Positions 8,075 to 18,635 of a stretch of 19,864 bases of DNA are shown here, one piece after another; position 1 is the first letter of the stretch, and every line of letters starts with the position of its first letter. Location: positions 1 to 19,864 of the forward strand of contig NW_021824118.1 in NCBI RefSeq assembly GCF_006345805.1, written 5' to 3'. Position numbers and translations under genes: made by a program. The notes below the pieces were generated by a model. That model was not told the origin of the DNA and ran no database searches. It saw only the letters and a list, made by a program, of their open reading frames with translations. This DNA comes from Octopus sinensis. Taxonomy: Eukaryota.

Positions 8075-9480
8075 CTAACTAAGTCCAGAGCCTTCGAAGT
8101 GAGCAGAAGGCGGCACTCCACGCACCTCCTCCCCTTCTTCCTCCTCTTCTCTGGCACTGTAGACCTTCGAGAAGGTGCATTCCAGCGCCTCTTGCTGACT
8201 AAACGTCAGGAAAGGGCTGGATCGGCGAGCATCAAACGAGACACTCTCCAGAGTCCTCTTAAGAACAGTTGACTGTATATAAGCCTGTAGAGACTTATCT
8301 ACATCCAACTGTCTTAAGTACCGCTTGTGGTATTTGGTGACCAGTCCATCCCATGTCATCACACACGGGATGACATGGACTTTGCACTGGTGCATCAGTC
8401 CTAGCTCGTTTGCAAGGAGGTCATACTTCCTCCTTTTCCACTTCCACTTCCACTATCTGCAAACGGTCTAGGCACGTGATGCCCACCTCCACGATAACAA
8501 TCTCCCCGGTGACCTTATCGTGGACCACAATGTCGGGTCTGTTGTGCTGGACAACAATCGAGGTGCGTATGGGGGTATTTACCTTAATGCACACCCGCGA
8601 GTTCTCACACACCGATTGAACTCGATGGGTTCGCAACTTCTGGACCGCCTCAAGCCGTACTTATTGCAGAGCAAAAGATGGAGGGACCTCACCACCTCGT
8701 TATGCCTCCATGTGTAATCATGGTAAAGCATACTCCCACTTCGTGGCTAAATGGTCAACGGTCATTGCCTTACTCTTACAGTGGTTACACTGTTTCCGTT
8801 GACCATTAAAAAAGTTTCTATCCTGCAAATATGAGAACAACCCTTCTGATCGGGGAGAGTTATTCCATATTTCAGCCACGTAGATGACGACGATACGTCA
8901 ATGTGCGGGTTGTCCAGGCTGCTAAAGAGAGTTTGTGAAGGACTTTTAAGTTGATCTTTTTAATTAAAGACTCCTTTTGAAGTTTGATCAACTCCTTCAC
9001 ATTAACTTGGGTAGCACCTAGACCATACTTAGCCGACACATAGCCTTTTATGGTCCCTAGGTGTGTACCACGCGCTTTTTCAGCAGCAAGGATGGCAGCC
9101 TTCCTTTGGGATGCACTCGACCCACTCCACAAGGTGTCGTGCATCTTAGTAAGAATTCGCTCACTCACTTAAGTGTACTCAGTCCACGTCCTAGCTGCCC
9201 GCGAGACAAGTACAATCTCTCCTTATTGCTTGCCAACACGTGGACATGATTCTCTCGGTACTCTTCGGACAATAAGGTCCATTTCATCGTACTCACTCGG
9301 CTCGAATTCGATCAGGCCAACGTAGTAGTTTAGCAATGAGATGGCATACTCGTTCAAGGCATGAAATAAGTTCCGTGCATTAAGCCGAGTCTTACATAAC
9401 ATTGCCGCTCTACTACGCACACCCTCCACTACACACTTTCTCGTTTCGGGTGTGATTAATGAGGCTGGACTCTCAACCAA
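8075..9480 (-). pseudogene. Thumb, zinc knuckle and RLE portion of the R4-like ORF, broken by about 6 frameshifts
   Basis: Frame changes are needed near 9480, 9255, 9170, 8930, 8740 and 8430 to chain ORFs 9223..9480, 8872..9168, 8421..8636 and 8075..8395. Confidence 0.8.
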
Positions 9481-11525
9481 CCAAGATACTTATATCCTTG
9501 GTGTTCCTCCAATACTTTGACTAGGTCACCACACACAGGGGTGTTAGTCGCCGACTTGTTGTAGTTGAGCTCCAACCCCACGGCCTTCATGAAACCTTTC
9601 AGGACTTTACCCATTGAGTGAAGGATCTCTGAAGACCGAGCGAACAGCTTAATGTCGTCTATGAACATGAGATGGTTGGTGCTAAAACACCCTCCTTCAT
9701 GTTCGATCGACATTTGTTCGAATTGGGCAGTGAGGACTCTACTCAGCGGTTCTAGGCAGAGGACGAACAGCAGCGGAGACATGCTGTCGCCCTGTAATAT
9801 GCCCCTCTCTAGTTTCACCTCGCCTATATCGCATTTGTTGTAATTTAGATGGACGTTCCACCTGTCCATCACAGTTGCAACAAATTTGATAAACCACATT
9901 GGCAACTTAAGCCTTCGCAGACACTCAACGAGGTAGGCATGATCAACCGAGTCATATGCCTTCTTCACATCCACCCACATTGACACTAGTGAGTTTCCGT
10001 GGGCTCTCGCGAGGCATTTGTTGATCAGTGCCTGCTCCTTAGCTCCCTGGCAATCCCGCCGAGTACCTAACTGGTTCTCGGACAGAATCCCATTCACCTC
10101 CACGAAATTTCTGACCTCAGTAGCCACCACCTTAGTCATCAACTTGTACAGGTTGGGCATACAGGTTATCGGACGATAATCTGTCGGAGCGGAAGGGTTA
10201 TCTACTTTAGGGATCAAATAAGTGACCCCAGTACATAACCACTCTGGAATCGAGCCAGGGTCTAGTGTAAACTGTTCGATTGCTCGACACATGCAATCAT
10301 GGATAGGTTTGCAATTTTTAATAAAGAAATTATACACTTTATCGACCCCAGGTGTCTTCCAGTCAGAGAGACGGGTTACTGCTTCATCGAACTTCTTGCG
10401 GATGTCAGGGACACCACAAGACTCGGTCATCAAGGGAGCATCGGGTCCACAAAACGGAAACGACACACCCTTGCGAGGACGTGCTTTCCACATACTCCCC
10501 CATGTGTCAAGCATTTCGGCCTTTTGCTGGGTACCCTCCTTCGTCTCTCCGTGCAACCGACGATAGAACGACCTGCGATTAAATTCAAACAGGTTGTTCT
10601 CCCGCCTGCGCTGACATCGAGACTCATGAGTTGAGAGCTTCTTCTGATAAACGAGAATCAGCTCCTCCCTCTCTGCCCGGACACGCCTCAACTCGTTGAG
10701 GTCCCATTTGGCAGCTCGTTCCCGACGAAGTAAAGTACGCACCAAGGGGGGAGTCTTGCCCTTGACCCCATTGCTCACATTCAAAATGTGCCCAGTCAGC
10801 GCTTCCAGCTCGGCTTTCCTTGCGGCTACTTTTGCGGCAATGTTTTCTCTCCATCTACTCTTTGGGGCAGGCCTCTGAGTGATTTCATCATAGGTTGTCT
10901 GTGCCGAGTACAAATAGAGAGAAATCTCGTCCATTGTCTCCGGAGGCTCACGCACGATCGCGTAAGCTATGGCACGATTGATGCAACCCATCACGTCACT
11001 TCTGAGTTGCCACCGAGGTATCTTTCGGGTCACTCTGCGGTCCGCAAGGGGGACAACACGATTCGCAGAGATATGCCTACTAAATATCTCCTTAACCTGC
11101 AAGAGTAGCGATAACTCACTACTCTGGTGCTCGTGTTGTTCAGAACACGAGGGGCATCCTGACGGCGTAACCGCAGCGGCAGTCCTCCCCCGCGAGCCAG
11201 GAGGAGGGGTCTTGGCCAGCTTCTTCAGTGCATCTAACGATAGGTTCGAGCTAAAGCGTCGATTGAAACACTGAAGCAGGGTAGGCCACCCATTTCTGGG
11301 CATCCTGGAAGCTCTTCCCAACACTTGGGAAAGGGCGGATTTAACCCAGTCCTCCCGGGTCGTGCACTCGATCCCTTCTGCAATGGCAAAGACGATGTTC
11401 TTGCCATCGGACGTCTGTCTCTCCGATGCGGTTGTCCATCCTGCTCTAGGTATATTATTATTAATAATATTGTTAGTTTCTTGTTGTCCAGGTAGAGCAC
11501 ACATCGAGATAGTAGCACGTTGCAT
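9456..11525 (-). CDS. N-terminal region and reverse transcriptase of the R4-like element (uninterrupted 689-aa portion)
   Basis: ORF track; all RT motifs through YKYLG. The true ORF continues to the stop at 8075 across frameshifts. Confidence 0.88.
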   Translation of the reverse strand: MQRATISMCALPGQQETNNIINNNIPRAGWTTASERQTSDGKNIVFAIAEGIECTTREDWVKSALSQVLGRASRMPRNGWPTLLQCFNRRFSSNLSLDALKKLAKTPPPGSRGRTAAAVTPSGCPSCSEQHEHQSSELSLLLQVKEIFSRHISANRVVPLADRRVTRKIPRWQLRSDVMGCINRAIAYAIVREPPETMDEISLYLYSAQTTYDEITQRPAPKSRWRENIAAKVAARKAELEALTGHILNVSNGVKGKTPPLVRTLLRRERAAKWDLNELRRVRAEREELILVYQKKLSTHESRCQRRRENNLFEFNRRSFYRRLHGETKEGTQQKAEMLDTWGSMWKARPRKGVSFPFCGPDAPLMTESCGVPDIRKKFDEAVTRLSDWKTPGVDKVYNFFIKNCKPIHDCMCRAIEQFTLDPGSIPEWLCTGVTYLIPKVDNPSAPTDYRPITCMPNLYKLMTKVVATEVRNFVEVNGILSENQLGTRRDCQGAKEQALINKCLARAHGNSLVSMWVDVKKAYDSVDHAYLVECLRRLKLPMWFIKFVATVMDRWNVHLNYNKCDIGEVKLERGILQGDSMSPLLFVLCLEPLSRVLTAQFEQMSIEHEGGCFSTNHLMFIDDIKLFARSSEILHSMGKVLKGFMKAVGLELNYNKSATNTPVCGDLVKVLEEHQGYKYLGWLRVQPH

Positions 11526-12079
11526 AACAGACTTGAAATGTTTAATTAGAAATTAAAAAATGTAAATACAGTAAACTCTTTCGAATCCGCCATTTTTGGT
11601 TCCTGATCGAAGTTTTTGGAATTCTAGAGGATTTTTTACCAATTTTTTAATTGATATTCCTATTTTTAAAATCGGCGATCCAGTTGTCAGACGGGTGTAT
11701 GCTGACAATAATAAAAAAACGGAAAAGTACCTTAAATGAGCACATGTTAAAGGAGTATCTGCCACGGGAATGATTGATCTAAAAGCAGAAGATGGTAGTG
11801 TGATTGAAGAAAATAGCAGAGACTCAGCGAAGCTACAACTAATCTTATTCTCATTTTTTTGATCAAATATTTATTGTCATAACTTAGAATAAGTAAGTTA
11901 TAATTTGAAATCATTAGTATTGAACTTATAAGGTCAGATATCTTTCATAATAGTTATTTTTTGAGTGAAAATAGACAAATAATTTGATTTGAATTGATAG
12001 TCAGTATAGAAAAATCCATTATACTTGCTAGATTAAGACTTTCATAGTTTTTCGATTTTTGAGTGCGTGACAATATTTA

Positions 12080-13330
12080 CCTAGAAATATGAAAACCCTG
12101 TCGTTTTATTTGCATAACCCTGGAAGGTTTCCTCTGCATAAGTATTCGGAAATGCATTATTGCTTTTAAAAACAGTGATTTCACTTGCTCATATTTTTTT
12201 AAACGTGTTTTATTTATAATCCTTTGAAATAATTGCAAGTCAATCAGCTCCCATCTGTGTTTTCAATTCTTTATTAATTGTTGATTATTCACGATGACAG
12301 TGATCCTTTCAAAAAAATAAAAGGTTACGGATACGGTTATTTAAGATATTTTAATTTCTTTATTATTTTGTTAAAATGAGTTTTCAAAATATAAAAAATT
12401 AAAATTGTTGAACCTCGTAAGTTACAAGTTTACTAGCTCGGGAAGGAATGCTCTTCAGTAGTGTTTCTTCGCATAATAATCAATTAAAGAACAAAAATCG
12501 TTCCTTTTCATGAATACGTGTATATGAAATTTCCGCGACGTTTAAACACTCTTCATTTTTGAAGTATGCATAGCATGGTATCTCTCCTCTGAGTGTACTT
12601 TTTAGCTCTTGAACTTTAACCGTGCGAGTCTAAAACATCATATTAATGTGGAAATCGATCAAATGAAAACTTCATCGAAAAATTTAGCCCCCACCACATT
12701 GCATTTTTAGTGCAAATTGATTTTGCTTAATTTCTCTACCGGTGACAAACATTACGGTTGATTCCAATTGGTCGGAATATCTTTACTCTAAAGTACCAAA
12801 AGTTGTTTAACAGGGCTTTTTCTTGAATTTTCATTGACCTCTAAATGGCCTTTCCTACTTCAAATCTAACATTATTAAAAGTTTAGTAGAATAAATTCAA
12901 TTAATTAAACATCCTGGAATCTTTTAAAGTGGGCTTCTTCAACGCCTCTCATTACCGTAATCCGCGGCAACTGTTCCGCAATCCGTGAGGCTGGGAGAGC
13001 TCTCTAAACTGCGTAGTTTTAAGCAAACTTTCTCAACTGTCTTTGATTTAACTTCAAATTTGTAAAAAAATAATTAAACACTGTTGATTTCAACACTGAG
13101 ATATTCTATTTTAGATAAAGATGCTACTAAATATCACAAATTTGGAAGCAAGTTTGCTTCAATAACATCAGCCATATGGATCCAGTGTACTTGTGTAATT
13201 TTAATACTTTTCCACCGCTTTTATTGTCCTCAATACTTTTTCTACCCTTCAATATAGGTTTGACATGGGCACTCCTTAATTAACAGTATCTTGATTCTAG
13301 TTCTAAATTCGATTGGTAGGCTGTAAATAT
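12080..13330 (-). pseudogene. Decayed member B of the unidentified family (multi-exon-like)
   Basis: Shares an ~80-bp block with 7126-7206. Interrupted frames such as TRTVKVQELKSTLRGEIPCYAYFKNEECLNVAEISYTRIHEKERF and KTVEKVCLKLRSLESSPSLTDCGTVAADY are separated by AT-rich spacers. Boundaries are approximate. Confidence 0.4.
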
Positions 13331-13455
13331 TTGGGCTCTTTTTCTTTCTTCTTTTATTATTACTATTAATCTATATTTTTGTTTTGACTTCACAGCTACA
13401 TTTTGAATTGAATATTTGTCATATTTAATTACAAAATTATTAATTGATCTATTTT

Positions 13456-13568
13456 ATCAAATCGGGAGAAGGCTCAAGGACTCGAGAGAGAGCCTCTGGT
13501 TCCGCCAGCGCATCGGCCTGGCCATTGTTCGGGGCAACGCACACTGCGTCCTCGCCGCTGGAACTTAA
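13456..13568 (+). mobile_element. Extremely 5'-truncated CRE-like insertion (third subfamily) with 7-bp TSD
   Basis: 13461-13568 translates IGRRLKDSRESLWFRQRIGLAIVRGNAHCVLAAGT*, homologous to the element 1 C-terminus (REPREKQWLFQRISIAILRGN). CTATTTT lies at 13449-13455 and 13569-13575. Confidence 0.88.
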
Positions 13569-13798
13569 CTATTTTCGGTGTTAATTTTCCAAATTCTAGT
13601 ATTGAAAAAAAAAAAATTTTATCAAATTATTATGTAATACTTATTTCAAAATCTTCATCAGTACACTCGACTAAATTATATTCTACTGAGAATTGTAGTT
13701 TTCAAAATTATTCACAACAGAAAAATTTTAATAAATTTGTAATAATAAATTTGTTTTTTAATTTCTTAATAAAATTTATTTATTATTTAAGTGCTGAG

Positions 13799-15439
13799 AT
13801 GAAAGAAAGTAATCATCAAAATAACGGCATTAAAAACATTTTTAACAATGTAAAAATAAATGATAAACCATAACCAGGATGAAAGCTCTATCGGACATCG
13901 GACTCGTTCAAAAGTCCAAATTAACGAAGGCATGGACGAAATTCTCGATTTACTGAACTATCCGCAAGAACAAGTTTCCAAGTCAAGAACATGGCGCGAT
14001 CTATTGATTACTGTCAAAACCACAAATAGTTTTTTCTTAAGTAAAAGTTGTTTAGATTTATCCCTCGAAAGCGAAATTGATCCCTGTTCGGTGGAAGAAG
14101 TGAATCAAGAAGACTACAACATCGGACCTTTTTCCAGTTGATTTTTAATTGATATTATTTTATATTTAATTTCAAATTCAAGTCTAACAATATATATTTT
14201 TAGAAAAAGAACTTCTCAAAATAAACGAGCACCGAAATTCACGTGTTGAAAGAAAAGATCAAATTCAACACTCAGAGCAAAGCCAAATTTTTGAAAATGA
14301 GCAATCGTATCTTCTTAAGGTGCAAATGACTATGGTATGTATCCCTACCAATTAAACTCTCCAGTTTGTTCAATTAGTAGTCCAATTATTCATGGTTAGC
14401 ACAAACACTCCCGATTGCGACACAGACATAATGGCTTCTGAATGTCGTCATATTCTGGTTTCCTAAACCTTGACATGCCAGGACACTCTCTCAAAACATT
14501 ATCCTGTCAATTGTCCCCAAAGACCACCAAATCTTGATGAAGCCATTAAAATGTTGGATGAAAAGAACATTATCAAACTATTTCCTTCAAAATATGATGA
14601 ACTATTGTCTGAGGAGGTATTTGGGAGTCTAAAATGTCCCTCAAAAGGATTTAAAAGTTCTTTTCTGCCAATTTGTATTTCCGAGATTCTAAAACTCGGT
14701 TAATGTTCAATCACATGGATTTGCTGGCGTCAAGAATGGACGTTTTTCCATTTCCGAGATTATTCATGAGCAAATATCCTGAAATGAGCAATCGACGTCG
14801 AGTTTTAAGATATGACGAATTAAAGTATAGGAAATGTATTTATAACGTTAGCCTGTTTGCATATGGTCTTGAAATGTGTCAGACAGGTGGGTGGAAGTAT
14901 TTGGATGTGAATCGGAATTATCTCACATATTTGAGTCCTGCTTATCTCAAATCATATAATCACAAAATTGGTAAAAAATCAAGAAGTATTCATTTTAATG
15001 CAGTCAAGGTTGGTGTAGTACTATACACAGAGTTTTTAGTTTTTAAAAACATATAAAATTCTGCCTCCGAATATCACAGATTGTCAGCTTCCTAATATTC
15101 GTATTCCCGAAGTTGACTGTATTTGGAGACTAGACAACATTGAAAAGCCGAATTGGTTGTTTGTTAGATTTTTGTCTCAATTGTATCCCAATAGGCATAT
15201 ACTGTCATTTCGTTGTTCATTTTTGAACATAAACTGAAAACTACTCATCCTAGCAATTTCTCTAGTCATGGAATTTCTAAGTTGTCTAATTTTAAAGAAT
15301 TGAAACATTACAGGTTTTTGGTAATTTGTAATAAAAAATGATTGTATAGAGGAAACCCAATACTTGCTTGAATGATCTGATTAGACGAGTAGTCGAAAAT
15401 ATTAATTCCAGTGAAATTCGATATGAGTGGTGTGTTTGA
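13799..15439 (+). CDS. GON4L: GON-4-like / YY1-associated protein 1-like gene, 11 exons, ~434 aa
   Basis: Exons 13799-13849, 13878-14028, 14056-14136, 14204-14334, 14365-14457, 14482-14616, 14658-14824, 14852-15008, 15040-15162, 15195-15320 and 15350-15439 (all GT-AG) sum to 1305 nt with no internal stop. Motifs IGHRTRSK, LKVQMTMFVQLVVQ, DVFPFPRL, ELNLFAYGL, NAVKFLKTYKILP and PNWL follow the order of conserved GON4L/YY1AP1 blocks as recalled. Confidence 0.75.
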
Positions 15440-15681
15440 TTTCTTTTTATATCTTTTTTGTGTAATTAAGTTCTGTGAAATTTATTAAATGCTGATTAAA
15501 GCTAGAAAAAATAATGGAAGATTCATATTCTTCCATTTTTTATGAATTAATACTTACTTATTTAACATTTTGTTTAGCTATTCTATTTTTATATTCAATA
15601 TATACATCAACGATTCTGTGATCAGTACAATCATTAAAAAAAATCAAAGATCAACAAATACCCTTTCCTAATAAAATAGTG

Positions 15682-16180
15682 CAGTCCAATTTTGATTTGG
15701 AACAGTCTTTAGGCAGAAATATCTCAGTTTTAGAAACACTTTGTAGGATTTCTGCCTGGAATAAATAATTGCTTTTGAATGAAAACTTCGATTTAGAACA
15801 AAATTTACCTGTGGAAACATTATTCCAAAAGTTTCAGTCTGAAACAACAACTTACGATATTTTTAAAACATTTGATAGTAAAGTTTTCGACATTTTTTAA
15901 CAATTACAGCTCAAAAATATTCAGGTTTCTGGTCATCTTATCTAAAAAATTAGTAATTTTACTTTTTTTACATCGTTGATATGAAAATTGCAGTTAAATA
16001 AAATTGTCAAAGCTTTAAATCATATCGAATGGTTGTTCAACCAATTAAAAAAACACATGAACACATTAAAAATCCTTAATCGCGAAGGAAATTTGTGCAT
16101 TCGTGGTGAAATTCAATCATTTTTGAAAGTTTTCCATCAAAAAATTGATGATAATTACAATTTGTTGAAATAATATTTTT
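15682..16180 (+). mobile_element. Old, internally deleted relic of the same Tigger family
   Basis: Starts CAGTCCAATTTTGATTTGGAACAG (TIR homolog) and matches the 5' UTR (ACACTTTGTAGGAT..CTGCCT..AATAAATAATT). Near 15808 it jumps to CCTGTGGAAACATTATTCC (transposase codon ~47) and continues with stops and frameshifts. Confidence 0.85.
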
Positions 16181-16240
16181 TTAAAAAACTCTTTTTTTAA
16201 AAGTAAAAAACATTTATTTATAAATCAAGTGATTTTAAAA

Positions 16241-16760
16241 GAGTTGGAAGTTATTGGAGTTGATTTTGATATTTTGAGTCATACTTCCGACCATTTTGGC
16301 ACCCTTGATGGGGCTAGTTTCATTGGTGCAAGCCCAAATTAACATGAAACATTTAAATGGCTGTATGAGAGACTTCTTATCGTTTCAAGAATGATCCCAT
16401 GTACGTACAGGACTTGAATACAAGTATAATCATATTCCTCCATTTTAGAGTATATCCTGCCTATAACTTTGCATATCCTATTGTTAATATGAGTTACACA
16501 AGCTTTAAGAACTACTAAATATAGAGACAGGGGTGAGTAATATAACTGGATTTTGACCCAATTTGGTTTATTATTTATATTTTTATTATAAATTGTCACA
16601 GTCCAGAGCTGCGAGACGTCAGGGCTCCTATACGACCAAGTTTCAACACAAAGATATAAAGTAACAAACACTGATGGAGAAATGATCATTATTGATGAAG
16701 AAACAGAAAAACACTGTACGTATAATCCGGGTAAAGAGGTTATCATAATTTTGATTCTCT
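16241..16760 (+). pseudogene. Exon-like fragments of unidentified gene(s)
   Basis: Open stretches ELEVIGVDFDILSHTSDHFGTL..., RVYPAYNFAYPIVNMSY and QSCETSGLLYDQVSTQRYKVTNTDGEMIIIDEETEKHCTYNPG are separated by GT..AG spacers (16401-16448, 16533-16601). No intact frame was found. Confidence 0.35.
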
Positions 16761-17009
16761 TAATTTTTTGATTTCTGAAAAACATGCATCAAACATGGGT
16801 TTACTTTCAGCAAGTCTTCTGATATTGGAGTGCAATTTTAGTTTTTTATCAGCAAATTAATTTAGAATGGAAAGTTAATACAAAATCATGTTCTATTTTT
16901 AATGCCGCTTCATGGATTGCAAGACAATTACTTCTAATAATGGCAAATTAAAAATTTTAATTAACATTTTTAATAAATTTTATCACTAAAAATAGTCTGG
17001 TTGATCACT

Positions 17010-17335
17010 ATTTTATTTTATTTATTAATCCCCCAAGCTTGCATAGCAAACCCAGCACTAACAGTCACAGCTAACTAATCGAATGAAGAAGCTAAGGAAA
17101 GAAGGAACTGTCTGTGTCGATCAGCATAAGCCTCCAAATCTTTAATACAGCCTTCCGGATTCAAAGAGAGGTGGAGAATATTTGGTATACCCAGTTCCTA
17201 TTTGTCAGCCTCCTACCGTCGCTCACCCCACATCATTTGTTTTCGGAAGGGTTTTACATAATGAAGATTTTTTCATTGGTAATGTGATCAAGGGAAGGTA
17301 GGAGGTCCCCTTTCTACATCATTTTCCGTGGAAAT
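17010..17335 (-). mobile_element. Possible 3' end of a further retroelement with an A-rich (TAAA/TAAAA) tail
   Basis: GC-richer island ending on the minus strand in GGGGATTAATAAATAAAATAAAATA; no diagnostic protein motif recognised. Confidence 0.3.
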
Positions 17336-18286
17336 TTAAATAAAATCATAAAACGCTACGTTCAATTAATGATTTTGATGCTATGTTGTTTTGCGAAAAA
17401 GCACGATCTCTTAATAAAAAAATAATAATTTTAGATATTTACCAAGAGAACAACAAAAGAACTTCAGAAATGTAATTTTTATAAAAATTTATTAATATTT
17501 TTAAACCTCGCCTAGCAGCTCTGGACTGTGATATAAATTATTAACTTGTGAATATTAGGTTTACGCATGCCGTAATATGAGTATGGCAACGTTGCGTTTA
17601 AGATGACTGTGATGTCAAAGAGGAAGTTGACGTAATTTGTGAAAAAAATGTATTTGATAGGTTGAATTACCTTCTCATAATTTATAAGGATGGTCCACGC
17701 TTCCCGACTATTCGTGGGATATTCCGCCATGGATTGAAATTTGAAGGTTTACGGGATTTTATAACAGTTCAAGTTCTTTGCGGTAATTAGAATTTAAAGG
17801 GTTTTCTGTTGCCAATGTTATGTTGGGATGGGAGAAGCTATGGGTTTTGAACAAAAGGTAGTGACTGATAGCCATGGCAGGTGAGTGCCCCGGTATTTCC
17901 AAAATATACAGCCATGGTTAATGATAATTTGGTTTTAATGGTAATTGATTCATTGGAGGAGTGAATAAACAGCCAGCATCTAATTTTTTCCTACAAATAA
18001 AATAACATTTTCGATCAATAAATACAACTTTCGTGGTAAAACCAGAATAATGAATTTGATCAACTACAGAGGACTTTCATTGGGAAAGAAGAAATTTGCT
18101 CTGAAGCCGAACTTTGAACCGTCCAAATCCTACGCAGTCTAATCGAACGTCTATACGACGTGGACAGTGGTTCTATGATTCCAACCATGATTTGAAATTA
18201 ATCAAACTAACACTAAAGTAATATCAAAAAGGAATTGAATACGTCACATATAATACAAAAGCATTTAGTACTGAATTATCCTATGC

Positions 18287-18631
18287 CAGGAGTGAACAAC
18301 CAGTCGATCGCCTTCGATATGTAAATTGGTAATTAGATTTTTTATTTGATCAAATCTCAATACAGGACCCGTTTAACGGATAACCATCTTGCCGATTGCA
18401 TGAGAATAGCACTAAGCTCATATGAGCCAGAGAATTACAATTCCAAAAATCCCATCAACTTTTAATTATAAGATAAAAATTTTGTTATTAAAATAAACAA
18501 GTCGATCGATCAAAAATTGCAAAATGAAATCGACCAAAAATCACCACTGGCCTATGCGATCATAATAATTGGTAAATACTCAGTTGGTAATTAACACGTT
18601 ACTAAAGTAAGGACAACTTTGGTTGACACTG
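18287..18631 (+). mobile_element. Internally deleted hAT (Buster/Charlie/SPIN-like) relic
   Basis: ~18349-18428 translates IKSQYRTRLTDNHLADCMRIALSSYEP (hAT C-terminal dimerisation motif). Ends are CAGGAGTGAACAACC... and ...GGTTGACACTG (degenerate TIRs), with GTCGATCG subterminal motifs. Confidence 0.7.
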
Positions 18632-18635
18632 CTTA

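Larger units (their letters stand above)
8023..11533 (-). mobile_element. Apparently full-length R4/Dong-like RLE non-LTR retrotransposon (~3.5 kb) with poly(A) tail and 14-bp TSD
   Basis: T20 at 8021-8040 is poly(A) on the minus strand. TGAAATGTTTAATT occurs at both 8009-8022 and 11534-11547. RT motifs DYRPITC, DVKKAYDSV, LQGDSMSP, FIDD, YKYLG; RLYLSR..GRGL; CNHC...DHL...C; RHNEV; NRPDIV..EVGI; K..KY. Clade assigned by motif resemblance. Confidence 0.92.

Noticed and set aside
144-11556. Numerous overlapping or antisense ORFs within the retroelements
   Set aside because: Shadow ORFs of GC-richer coding sequence without motifs.
13490-13565. Structured RNA or HDV-like ribozyme in the GC-rich island
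   Set aside because: Fully explained as coding sequence for a CRE-like C-terminus bounded by a TSD.
16339-16785. 148-aa minus-strand ORF as a gene
   Set aside because: No motif; splice-like signals and more protein-like frames lie on the plus strand.
17512-17980. Minus-strand ORF 17512..17730 and upstream frames as an identifiable gene
   Set aside because: Possibly a decayed exon, but no family could be recognised and no consistent model could be built.
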